A DNA stretch of 58,301 nucleotides from Actinomycetota bacterium (GTDB lineage: Bacteria; Actinomycetota; JAICYB01): NCBI GenBank assembly GCA_035536535.1, contig DATLNZ010000086.1:1-58301 (forward strand), in the 5' to 3' direction. The notes under the pieces are model-generated. The model did not search any database. It saw only the letters and a list, made by a program, of their open reading frames with translations, and had not been told where the DNA came from. Shown here piece after piece: positions 45,780 through 53,973 of this stretch (positions are counted from its first letter, which is position 1; every line of letters starts with the position of its first letter). A program made the translations under genes and the position numbers.

Positions 45780-46346
45780 TCAGGGAGCCGTCACTGAGGC
45801 CGTGGTAGAAACGTTTGTGCGCAGGCTGCCGGTGCCGACGCCGGTGAAATCTCCGATCGGCGTCCTGACGGTCGCCACAGTCGTGGCCTCGCGATAAATA
45901 TTGGCGCCGGCGTGCGTGTATGGCGGGCCGCCGCTGGACGTGGACAGCTGGGGGGTTCCCGTGCCCGCGGCAACGATGCTGAACACGAAGGTCCCGTAGT
46001 GGTTGGTGATCAGGCCCGAGGCGGTGGCCGCGTTCAGGGCGGGATCTATGACGACGGCTGCGTCGCCTCCCGCATAGGCTGAGACTCCCGTCGTCTTGTT
46101 GTGGATCCACATCGAAACGTACTCACTAGGGTTCGAGTAGACGGAGGGCGGCACGCCAGACCCCTGAACGTAGAGACCCGAGGACCCCGTCAGGGTGATG
46201 TCGTAGGTGGCGTCCGAAAAGTACCCGTACATCGTGAGAGCCGGGACGCTAGCTCCGTAGGAGACGTTGGCGGCTCGCGCCGGGGTGCCCACGAAAGTCG
46301 CCGACAGCACCGCCGCTGCCACCGCGATTGCTCTGACCCGCTTCAT
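45780..46346 (-). CDS. secreted 188-aa protein of unknown family (paralog 1)
   Basis: Signal peptide AIAVAAAVLSATFVGTPARA. Beta-rich, Gly/Ser/Thr-rich. Shares VVIDPALNA..ASG.ITN.YGTFVFS..AAGTG.P with the neighbouring paralog. Confidence 0.75.
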   Translation of the reverse strand: MKRVRAIAVAAAVLSATFVGTPARAANVSYGASVPALTMYGYFSDATYDITLTGSSGLYVQGSGVPPSVYSNPSEYVSMWIHNKTTGVSAYAGGDAAVVIDPALNAATASGLITNHYGTFVFSIVAAGTGTPQLSTSSGGPPYTHAGANIYREATTVATVRTPIGDFTGVGTGSLRTNVSTTASVTAP

Positions 46347-46474
46347 AGGTGCCTCCAGTCATCAATGCCCCGCTCAAAGGTTCTCCGCCGGGGGCGGTTC
46401 TCCTGCCCCATCGTTTCGGGGCTCGAGCCTGCGCGGTGTGGCGCACGTCACTCCGCCGGTTTCCTCTCGCGCCG

Positions 46475-46502
46475 CCCGACCCCCGTGCGGCAGTTGCCGG
46501 GC
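46475..46502 (-). repeat. conserved 28-nt leader motif, copy A (upstream of paralog 1)
   Basis: The plus strand CCCGACCCCCGTGCGGCAGTTGCCGGGC matches 47235-47262 at 24 of 28 positions. It lies 129-156 nt upstream of ATG 46346. Confidence 0.5.
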
Positions 46503-46531
46503 GGCCGCCCGGGCTTAGAGCTGGTGGCGCG

Positions 46532-47098
46532 TCAGGGGACTTCGGGACGGACGTAGGTTCCGATTCTGTTCGACATGTAGCCACTGCCGACGCCGGTGTA
46601 CGTCCCGTTGGGGGCCGAGATGCTCGCCGCAGTCGTGGCCTGCCTGGTGAGGTAGACCCATGCGCCCGCCTCGGGACTGCCGTGAGTTCCCATCGTCGGG
46701 CTGGGAGCTCCCGTCCCCGCGGCTGTGACCGAGAAGACGAAGGTTCCATAGCCGTTGGTGATCGTTCCCGAGGCCTGACCGGCGTTGAGCGCCGGGTCGA
46801 TTGCCACCACCGCTGGGCCGTGGGCGGCGGTGGTGGTGTTGGTTTCGCGGTGGAGCACCGAGAAGCTGACGTTCACGGGATTGCCAACAGTGACCGAGGG
46901 CGGATTCGCAGACCCACGCACCCCCAACCCGGAGGACGCGGTGAACCAGACCTCGTAGTTGTCGTCGCTGAAGTACGCCGACATTTCCAGGCGTGGTATG
47001 TCGCTTTCGTGGGATACGTCGGCGGCCTGCGCAGGCGCACCCAAGAACGTCACGCCAAGCAAGAGCAGTGCGCCTGCCAAGCCTCTGAGTCGCCGCAT
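46532..47098 (-). CDS. secreted 188-aa protein of unknown family (paralog 2)
   Basis: Signal peptide LAGALLLLGVTFLGAPAQA. Same length as 45780..46346 and roughly 45% identical to it by eye. Confidence 0.75.
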   Translation of the reverse strand: MRRLRGLAGALLLLGVTFLGAPAQAADVSHESDIPRLEMSAYFSDDNYEVWFTASSGLGVRGSANPPSVTVGNPVNVSFSVLHRETNTTTAAHGPAVVAIDPALNAGQASGTITNGYGTFVFSVTAAGTGAPSPTMGTHGSPEAGAWVYLTRQATTAASISAPNGTYTGVGSGYMSNRIGTYVRPEVP

Positions 47099-47234
47099 GA
47101 TTCCCCTTTGTGGATGACTTGCTCTCTAGGTTCTGGAGCACCGTCCAATCTCCTGCATCCGCCACCTGCGGCTGGGGCTCAGGCCACGCGGCGACCCTTT
47201 CGGCCGCTTGGATCGCTGGATGACCTTGTGCTGC

Positions 47235-47262
47235 CCCGGCCCCCGTGCGACAGTTGCGGGGT
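47235..47262 (-). repeat. conserved 28-nt leader motif, copy B (upstream of paralog 2, in the divergent region shared with the R2-like gene)
   Basis: The plus strand reads CCCGGCCCCCGTGCGACAGTTGCGGGGT, 137-164 nt upstream of ATG 47098 and about 20 nt upstream of GTG 47280 on the other strand. Confidence 0.5.
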
Positions 47263-47279
47263 TCGAGGCGGGAGGAACC

Positions 47280-48347
47280 GTGGACACGCACGAGCTCGAG
47301 TCGATGGACATCGAGGGCCTCGCCCGCCACACCCCCGACGAGTTGCTGGACAACGTTCTCACGGTCGCGGAGCGTCGCTACACCTACGACGACTTCTACC
47401 AGCGGTGGGAGAGCCAGCACTGGCTGGCGACCGGGATCGACTTCTCGGTGGACGCCGAGCAGTGGCCGAAGCTGCCGCAGGCCCTGCGCAACGAGATGCT
47501 GGGCACGATGGCGGCCTTCTACCAGGGCGAGCAGTCGGTGACTCAGAACCTGGCGCCGCTGATGATGGCGGCTCCGCGGATCGATCACGAGATCTTCCTG
47601 ACCACGCAGACGGTCGACGAGGCCCGCCACGTCGTGTTCTTCAGGAGGTTCTTCAACGACGTCATCAAGCTGGAGGGCGGCACCCAGGAGCACCTGGAGA
47701 GGTTCCGTCCCTACTACGGCCGCTGGTACACCAACCTGTTCTTCGGGCCCCGCGGCTTGGACGGCCGGGGTGACGCGCTGCGGAAGAATCCGTCCGACAT
47801 CGGCCTTTTCGTCGAGACGGTCACGCTGTACCACCTGGTCCTGGAAGCGGGCCTGGCGCTTCTGGGACAGCGATTCCTGCTGGACCTGTGCCGCAACCTC
47901 GGCGTCCTGCCGGGGTTCTACAAGGGGTTCATGGCCGTCACCCGCGACGAGTCACGCCACGTCGGGTTCGGCGTGCGCGTCCTGAGAGAGCTGCGGGAGG
48001 CGGACCCGTCGCTCGGCCCCCGGATCATGGACGTCATGCGCGAGAGCATCCCGGACGTCGTCCGCCTCACCCACCCGCCGGACCAGGATCACAACCTCGA
48101 GCTGCTCGAGGTCATCCCGGCGGAGTTCGTCATCGGGCCTCAGGAGGCGCACCGCTACGCGTTCACGCACATCCTCAAGCGGCTGTCGGCGGTCGGTTTC
48201 GGCACCGATGAGGTCAACGAGCTGGGCGAGTTCGCGTGGGCGGAGTTCGAGAAGGCACTGGGCGAGTGGGAGGCGCGCACCGGCGGCACGCACTACGCCC
48301 GCCTGTACGAAAAGGACCACGCACTGGGACCTGCGCGCGTCGCCTGA
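47280..48347 (+). CDS. ferritin-like di-metal carboxylate protein, ribonucleotide-reductase R2-like (R2lox-type)
   Basis: Two E...ExxH pairs: FYQGEQS / VDEARHV and LVLEAGL / RDESRHVGFG. The start is uncertain (GTG 47280 after GGGAGGA, or ATG 47304). The track start 47208 lies in the intergenic leader. Confidence 0.65.
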   Translation: MDTHELESMDIEGLARHTPDELLDNVLTVAERRYTYDDFYQRWESQHWLATGIDFSVDAEQWPKLPQALRNEMLGTMAAFYQGEQSVTQNLAPLMMAAPRIDHEIFLTTQTVDEARHVVFFRRFFNDVIKLEGGTQEHLERFRPYYGRWYTNLFFGPRGLDGRGDALRKNPSDIGLFVETVTLYHLVLEAGLALLGQRFLLDLCRNLGVLPGFYKGFMAVTRDESRHVGFGVRVLRELREADPSLGPRIMDVMRESIPDVVRLTHPPDQDHNLELLEVIPAEFVIGPQEAHRYAFTHILKRLSAVGFGTDEVNELGEFAWAEFEKALGEWEARTGGTHYARLYEKDHALGPARVA

Positions 48348-48384
48348 TTCACCGCGCCCTTGCCTCAGCGTCACCGAGCCTGAT

Positions 48385-50055
48385 TCAGCCGTCGGTGAGC
48401 CACCGATTTCCCGCTTCGCGCCACCGGCGGCTGCGGGCGGATAAACGTTCGTCCGGGCTCAGGGCCTCCAGGCCGTGCAAGTGGTCCGCCACCACGCCGG
48501 CCAGCGCGCGAAGCGCCGGCTCCGGCTCGGACTGGGCCCCCTGCGGCGGCTCGGCGACGACTGCGTCGGCCACGCCGAGTTCGACCATGTCCCTGGGCTC
48601 TATCCGGAGGCGCTCAGCGAGGTCGGCCGACCGAGAAGCGTCCCTGTGCAGGATGGAGGCCGCTCCTTCGGGAGAGATCACCGAAAAGACCGAGTTCTCC
48701 CACATCAGGACCCTGTCGGCGGCGGTCATGGCCAGCGCCCCTCCACTGCCTCCTTCTCCGGTGACGACGGCAACCGTGGGGACGGGAGCCGACAGCAGCG
48801 CAACAAAGGTCGCGGCTATCGCCTGAGCCACACCGCCGGCCTCGGAGTCGGGAAGCGGCTCGGCGCCGGGCGTGTCCACGACCGTCACCACCGGCAGGCC
48901 CAGCCGCCCCGCCAGTTCCAGCGCCCGCACCGCCTTCCGGTAGCCGGCGGGACGGAGCCGCCTGCCGCCCGTGCAGTCCTGTGCGATGACGGTGATTCTT
49001 TGTCCCGTCGGCCGCAGCGATCCCATCCGGACCAGCACCGATTCGTCGTCGCCGCCGCCGCTGCGGTCACCACGCAGCGCGACCTGGTCGTCCAGGAGCG
49101 CGTCCACGAGCGCCGGCCCCTTTGGACGTGACGGGTCCCGCGCCAGCAGGAGCCGCTCCGAGGGCGAACGGTGGGGTCCGCCGTGGAGGCTGCGGAACGA
49201 CCCCTCGCCGCGCGGTCCCTGCCGTCGGGTGAAGGCGCGCAGCACGCGCCCCAATGACGCCCGTTGCTGCGCCCTCGGAACCAGCGCGTCCACGAGGCCC
49301 TGCCGGTGGGCCCACTCTGCCGTGTGGGTCTCGGGGGGCGGTGTCTGCCCGGTCAGGTCGCGGATGACGCGGGGGCCGGCGAAACCGACGTGGGCCCCCG
49401 GCTCCGCCAGGATCACGTCCGCGAGGGACGCGAACGACGCGTAGACGCCGCCGGTGGTCGGCGAAGTCAGCAGCGTCACCTGGCCCAGGCCCGTCGCTGC
49501 GTGCAGCCGCCGGGCCTCCGCGACCTTGGCCATCTGGACCAGAGCAACCATCCCTTCCTGCATCCGCGCCCCGCCGGAGGCCGTGACGCAGGCCACCGGC
49601 AGGCAGCGCGCGGTTGCAGCGTCGAAGGCACGGGCGACCTTCTCGCCGGCCGCGGCCCCCATGGACCCGCCCAAGAAGGCGAAATCAAGCACGATCAGCG
49701 CGCACTCGACGTGGTCTATCGAGGCGCGGCCCCACACAACCGCCTCACGCAGGCCTGTGTCCGCACGTGCTCTGACGACCGCCTCCGGGTAGCCGTCGAA
49801 CCCGAGCGGGTCGCGGCCTTCCAGGAGCCCGTCCTGCTCGTTGAAGGCGCTTGTCAGCAGCTCGATGCGCGACCGCGCGTCCATTCGCGAGTGGTGGCCG
49901 CACGAGCCGCAGACCAGAAACTCGTCGGTCTCGCGCCCGCACCTGGGGCAGGCCCCGTCGTGTGATGACACGGCAGTAGTATCGGCCCCCGCCGGTACCG
50001 TGTGACGCACGGTCCGCGGCGCGGGTCGCCCGTCCGCAACGGGGGCCGGTAGCAT
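48385..50055 (-). CDS. acetyl-CoA carboxylase carboxyltransferase, fused beta (AccD) and alpha (AccA) subunits
   Basis: N-terminal AccD zinc ribbon CPRCGRE..CGSCGHH. Then [20 protein letters not shown], an Arg-rich linker, and the AccA-like half ([47 protein letters not shown]). Confidence 0.85.
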   Translation of the reverse strand: MLPAPVADGRPAPRTVRHTVPAGADTTAVSSHDGACPRCGRETDEFLVCGSCGHHSRMDARSRIELLTSAFNEQDGLLEGRDPLGFDGYPEAVVRARADTGLREAVVWGRASIDHVECALIVLDFAFLGGSMGAAAGEKVARAFDAATARCLPVACVTASGGARMQEGMVALVQMAKVAEARRLHAATGLGQVTLLTSPTTGGVYASFASLADVILAEPGAHVGFAGPRVIRDLTGQTPPPETHTAEWAHRQGLVDALVPRAQQRASLGRVLRAFTRRQGPRGEGSFRSLHGGPHRSPSERLLLARDPSRPKGPALVDALLDDQVALRGDRSGGGDDESVLVRMGSLRPTGQRITVIAQDCTGGRRLRPAGYRKAVRALELAGRLGLPVVTVVDTPGAEPLPDSEAGGVAQAIAATFVALLSAPVPTVAVVTGEGGSGGALAMTAADRVLMWENSVFSVISPEGAASILHRDASRSADLAERLRIEPRDMVELGVADAVVAEPPQGAQSEPEPALRALAGVVADHLHGLEALSPDERLSARSRRWREAGNRWLTDG

Positions 50056-50063
50056 GTGGCCCC

Positions 50064-50489
50064 GTGAAGCGCCACCGCATCCTTATCGCCAAGCCCGGAC
50101 TCGACGGCCACGACCGTGGCGCGAAGGTGGTGGCCCGTGCCCTGCGCGACGCGGGGTTCGAGGTCATCTACTCGGGGCTGCACCAGACCCCGGAGCAGAT
50201 CGTCGAGGCGGCCATCCAGGAGGACGTGGACGCGGTAGGGCTTTCGTCGCTGTCCGGCGCCCACATGGCGCTGTTCCCGAAGATCCTGAAGGGGATGCGC
50301 GACAAGGGGGCCGATTCGGTGGTCGTCTTCGGAGGTGGGATCATCCCCCGGTCGGACATCGACGAGCTGAAGGCCCAGGGGATGTCCGAGATCTTCACCC
50401 CGGGGACGACGACGCAGACGATCGTGGACTGGCTTCGCGAGGCACTGTCCGAGGAGCCCGCGCAGGCACCGGCGGGCGAGGGGGGCTGA
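50064..50489 (+). CDS. stand-alone cobalamin-binding domain protein (methylmalonyl-CoA-mutase small-subunit type)
   Basis: [20 protein letters not shown] (DxHxxG), SSLSGAH and VFGGGIIP: the canonical B12-binding Rossmann domain. GTG start. Confidence 0.85.
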   Translation: MKRHRILIAKPGLDGHDRGAKVVARALRDAGFEVIYSGLHQTPEQIVEAAIQEDVDAVGLSSLSGAHMALFPKILKGMRDKGADSVVVFGGGIIPRSDIDELKAQGMSEIFTPGTTTQTIVDWLREALSEEPAQAPAGEGG

Positions 50490-50490
50490 G

Positions 50491-51627
50491 GTGGATCTTC
50501 TCGAGTACATGGGCAAAGAGGTCTTTGCCCGGCACGGCATCCCGGTTTCCCAGGGACGCGTCTGCACGACTCCCGACGAGGTCCACGCCGTAGCGGCGGA
50601 GGTGGGTCGTCAGGTGGTGGTGAAGGCCCAGGTCCAGGTGGGGGGCCGGGGCAAGGCCGGGGGCATCAAGCTGGTCAACTCGCCGGACGAGGCGCGCGCG
50701 GCAGCCGGACAGATCCTGGGGATGGACATCAAGGGCCACAGGGTGGAGCGGGTCCTGGTGGAGGCAGCCACCGACATCGCCCACGAGTACTACGCGTCGA
50801 TCACCCTGGACCGCCGGGAGGGACTGCCTCTCGCGATGGTCTCCGCCAAGGGCGGTGTGGACATCGAGGAGGTAGCGGCCAGCGACCCGGACGCTCTGCT
50901 CAAGCTGCACGTCGACCCCCTTGTGGGCTTCAAGCCCTTTCACGCGACTTACCTCACCTCCACGCTCCACCCCGAGGCGCGCGGGGGTGCGTCATCGATC
51001 CTGCAGTCGATGTTCCGGTGCTACATGGACGGCGACTGCGACCTGGTGGAGATCAACCCGCTCGTGCTGACGCCGGACGGAACCGTCCATGCCCTGGACT
51101 CGAAGGTGTCGGTGGACGACAACGCGCTGTTTCGCCACCCCGAGTACGTCGAGTACCGCACGATCCTGACCACCGATCCCCAGGAGAAGATCGCCAAGGA
51201 GAAGGGCATCGCCTACGTCAAGCTCGACGGTGAGGTCGGCATCATGGGCAACGGCGCGGGGCTGGTGATGTCCACGCTGGACCTCGTGGCGCTGGCCGGG
51301 GGCCAGGCCGCCAACTTCCTGGACGTCGGCGGAGGCGCGTCCGGTGAGCAGATCGCCGCCGGGCTGGAGATCGTCCTGTCCGACCCGAAGGTCCGGTCGG
51401 TTTTCGTCAACATCTTCGGGGGCATCGTCCGCTGCGACCTGGTGGCGCGCGGGATCATCGATGCCTTGGGCCGGGTGGACCTCAAGGTCCCGATGGTCGT
51501 GCGCCTTGACGGGACCAACGCCGAGCAGGGCCGCAAGATCCTGGCCGAGGCGAACCTACCCGGCGTGACCGCGACCCCCACGATGTGGGAGGCCGCAGAG
51601 CTGTCGGTCGAGCGGGCGCGTGGCTGA
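50491..51627 (+). CDS. sucC: succinate--CoA ligase (ADP-forming) subunit beta
   Basis: DLLEYMGKEVFARHGIPV, VVKAQVQVGGRGKAGGIKL, EINPLV, GNIGIMGNGAGL-type GEVGIMGNGAGLVMST, and NIFGGI. Confidence 0.95.
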   Translation: MDLLEYMGKEVFARHGIPVSQGRVCTTPDEVHAVAAEVGRQVVVKAQVQVGGRGKAGGIKLVNSPDEARAAAGQILGMDIKGHRVERVLVEAATDIAHEYYASITLDRREGLPLAMVSAKGGVDIEEVAASDPDALLKLHVDPLVGFKPFHATYLTSTLHPEARGGASSILQSMFRCYMDGDCDLVEINPLVLTPDGTVHALDSKVSVDDNALFRHPEYVEYRTILTTDPQEKIAKEKGIAYVKLDGEVGIMGNGAGLVMSTLDLVALAGGQAANFLDVGGGASGEQIAAGLEIVLSDPKVRSVFVNIFGGIVRCDLVARGIIDALGRVDLKVPMVVRLDGTNAEQGRKILAEANLPGVTATPTMWEAAELSVERARG

Positions 51628-52000
51628 CGGCTACGACGAAGCAGCCGCGGCGGAGGTGGAGCAGCGGCTGGGCCGTAGTTTCGAGGCCGTGCAGCGACGG
51701 CTCGAGGACCTGTTTGGTTCGCCCTGGGAGGACGTGGAGACGATCATCGAGACGGCGGCCGGGCGCGGGGGCCGTTCCCGGGCCGACGTGATCGTCGACC
51801 TGGTCGGCCGGACCGAGCGCCGGACGCCGGTCCTCACGCAGGTGCGGCGCAGCGTCATCCAGTGGGTCGGCAAGCCGTGGCGTGAGCGCGAGGACCCCTG
51901 GAGCAGGCTCAAGGACCGTGTGCCCCCGCCGAGGTCGATCCGGCCCCCCGAGCCCGATGATCTCGAGGAATGGAAACCACTGAGACCCGAGGAGCGATAG
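51620..52000 (+). CDS. hypothetical 126-aa charged protein inserted between sucC and sucD
   Basis: GTG 51620 overlaps the sucC stop by 8 nt, and the TAG ends 3 nt before the sucD ATG. High GC3 throughout. Arg/Glu/Trp-rich (PWEDVE, KPWREREDPW, EEWKPLRPEE). No motif recognised. Confidence 0.55.
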   Translation: MADGYDEAAAAEVEQRLGRSFEAVQRRLEDLFGSPWEDVETIIETAAGRGGRSRADVIVDLVGRTERRTPVLTQVRRSVIQWVGKPWREREDPWSRLKDRVPPPRSIRPPEPDDLEEWKPLRPEER

Positions 52001-52003
52001 GCA

Positions 52004-52876
52004 ATGGCGATCCTGCTCGACGAAACGACGCGCGTGGTGGTCCAGGGGATCACCGGTCGCGAAGGCACCTTTCACGCCACACGCAACCTCGACTACGGGA
52101 CGAAGATCGTCGCGGGGACCCGTCCGGGCAAGGGCGGCACCCGGGTGCTGGACGACCGGGTCCCCGTCTTCGACACGGTGATCGAGGCGGCGAAGGAGAC
52201 CGGGGCCAACGCCAGCCTGATCTTCGTGCCGGGAGCCGGAGCCGCGGACGCCGTCCTGGAGGCGGAGGCGGCGGGGTGCGGGCTGATCGTGTGCATCACC
52301 GACCCGGTGCCGGTGCGCGAGATGATGATCGTGGCCGACTACCTTCGCGGCCGCGATGCCGTCCTGATCGGCCCGAACTGTCCCGGTCTGATCTCACCTG
52401 GCAAGGGCAACATGGGAATCATCGCGCCGGACATCTGCACCCCCGGCCCCGTGGGACTTGTGTCCAGGTCGGGGACCCTGACCTACCAGATCATCAACGA
52501 GATGACGGTCCGTGGAATCGGGCAGTCCACCTGCGTGGGCATCGGCGGGGACCCGATCGTGGGGACGAGCTTCATCGACGTCCTGCGGCGTTTCGAGGCC
52601 GACCCCGAGACAAAGGCCGTCGTGATGATCGGCGAGATCGGCGGAGACGCCGAGGAGCGCGCGGCCGAGTTCATCGGATCCGAGATGTCGAAGCCGGTCG
52701 TGTCGTACATCGCCGGGTTCAGCGCCCCGCCGGGCAAGCGGATGGGACACGCCGGCGCCATCATCACCGGCTCCTCGGGGACTGCCGAGGCCAAGGCCGC
52801 AGCGCTGGAGGCCAAGGGCGTCCGTGTCGGCAGGACCCCGACGCAGGTGGCGGACCTGGTTCGGGAGGTGGTGTGA
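52004..52876 (+). CDS. sucD: succinate--CoA ligase subunit alpha
   Basis: VVQGITGREGTFH, GPNCPGLISP, SRSGTLTYQ, and the catalytic His context MGHAGAII. Confidence 0.95.
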   Translation: MAILLDETTRVVVQGITGREGTFHATRNLDYGTKIVAGTRPGKGGTRVLDDRVPVFDTVIEAAKETGANASLIFVPGAGAADAVLEAEAAGCGLIVCITDPVPVREMMIVADYLRGRDAVLIGPNCPGLISPGKGNMGIIAPDICTPGPVGLVSRSGTLTYQIINEMTVRGIGQSTCVGIGGDPIVGTSFIDVLRRFEADPETKAVVMIGEIGGDAEERAAEFIGSEMSKPVVSYIAGFSAPPGKRMGHAGAIITGSSGTAEAKAAALEAKGVRVGRTPTQVADLVREVV

Positions 52877-52877
52877 G

Positions 52878-53279
52878 ATGCCCTCGTGCAACGGAATGAG
52901 CCACATCGCGCTGACGGTGTCGGACATCGACCGCAGCGTGCAGTGGTACGAGTCAGTGTTCGGCGGCACGCGGTTCATGGAGATGAAAGAGGAGGACTTT
53001 TCACTCGCGATGCTGATGACTCCGGGCGGGGTGCTGCTTAGCCTCCACGCCTACCCGAACAGCCCCGACGGCGACAGATTCAGCGAGTTTCGGATCGGCC
53101 TGGACCACCTGTCGTTCTGCTGCGAGACCCGAGCGGACGTCGTGGAGTGGGCCGAGCGGCTCGAGGAGCTCGGGGTGGAGCACTCACCCGTGGCGGACGC
53201 GCCGTACGGCCACGTCCTGGTCTTCCGTGACCCCGACAACATCCAGTTGGAGTTCATGGCTCCTCTGTCGGGAGCGTGA
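52878..53279 (+). CDS. VOC-family (glyoxalase/bleomycin-resistance/dioxygenase fold) protein
   Basis: MSHIALTVSDIDRSVQWYESVFG, GLDHLSF and VFRDPDNIQLEF. ATG lies 2 nt after the sucD stop (ATG 52896 is an alternative). Confidence 0.8.
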   Translation: MPSCNGMSHIALTVSDIDRSVQWYESVFGGTRFMEMKEEDFSLAMLMTPGGVLLSLHAYPNSPDGDRFSEFRIGLDHLSFCCETRADVVEWAERLEELGVEHSPVADAPYGHVLVFRDPDNIQLEFMAPLSGA

Positions 53280-53316
53280 ACGAGTTCGTCGGATCGCCTT
53301 GATAGGCTCGGCCCCC

Positions 53317-53973
53317 ATGCGCATCGGAGTGCTTGCCACGGGTTCGGGCACCAACTTCCAGGCCCTGGTGGACGCCTGCCGCAGCGGCTACGCGCCCGCC
53401 GAGGTGGTTGCCGTGCTCACGAACAAGGCCGATGCCCTTGTCCTGGACAGGGCGGCCCGGGCCGGGGTGCCGGGAGTGTTCGTGGACCCGAAGGCCGCCC
53501 CCACCCGCGAGGAATACGACCGGATGCTGCTCGAGCAGCTCAAGCTGCACGGCGTCGAGCTCGTGTGCAACGCCGGGTACATGAGGATCCTGTCCTCGGA
53601 GTTCGTCTCGGAGTACCGCGACAGGGCCCTGAACATCCACCCGAGCCTCCTGCCGTCGTTTCCCGGCCTGCACGCGGTTCGACAGGCCCTGGAGCACGGC
53701 GTCCGGGTGACGGGGGTGACCGTGCACGTGGTGACCGACGACCTCGATGGGGGACCGGTCCTTCTCCAGCGGGCGGTGGACGTCCTCGCGGGCGAGCCGG
53801 TGGAGTCACTGACCAGCCGGCTGCACCTCGTGGAGTACGCCCTGTATCCCAAGGCCCTGAAGCTGTGGGCGTCGGGGATGGTGAGGGTAGACGGCCGGCG
53901 GGTCGAGGTGAGCGGAGACGTCGAGGACCCGCCGTGGGCCGGGTCCCTGCCGCCCGGACTGAGGAGCGCCTAG
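53317..53973 (+). CDS. purN: phosphoribosylglycinamide formyltransferase
   Basis: RIGVLATGSGTNFQAL, NIHPSLLPSFPG, GVTVHVV.DDLDGGP. Confidence 0.9.
   Translation: MRIGVLATGSGTNFQALVDACRSGYAPAEVVAVLTNKADALVLDRAARAGVPGVFVDPKAAPTREEYDRMLLEQLKLHGVELVCNAGYMRILSSEFVSEYRDRALNIHPSLLPSFPGLHAVRQALEHGVRVTGVTVHVVTDDLDGGPVLLQRAVDVLAGEPVESLTSRLHLVEYALYPKALKLWASGMVRVDGRRVEVSGDVEDPPWAGSLPPGLRSA

Noticed and set aside
46475-47262. Possibility that the conserved CCCGCAACTGT-containing blocks are additional cobalamin riboswitches (I also briefly considered ZTP/pfl-like or ydaO-like motifs)
   Set aside because: Only one arm resembles the B12 core. The GGUGAGAxUCC element, the AGCCAGGA...CCGCC box and a closing P1 helix are all missing. 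The ZTP CCGCCUGGGC and ydaO ACGGGG/GAAUC signatures are also absent. I keep the blocks as an unexplained conserved motif instead.
46349-47834. Long ORFs 46349..47773 (+) and 46515..47834 (-) spanning the paralog/R2-like region
   Set aside because: They cross two intergenic leaders and overlap better-supported genes (signal-peptide paralogs on the minus strand, the di-metal R2-like gene on the plus strand). Their composition is typical high-GC frame noise.
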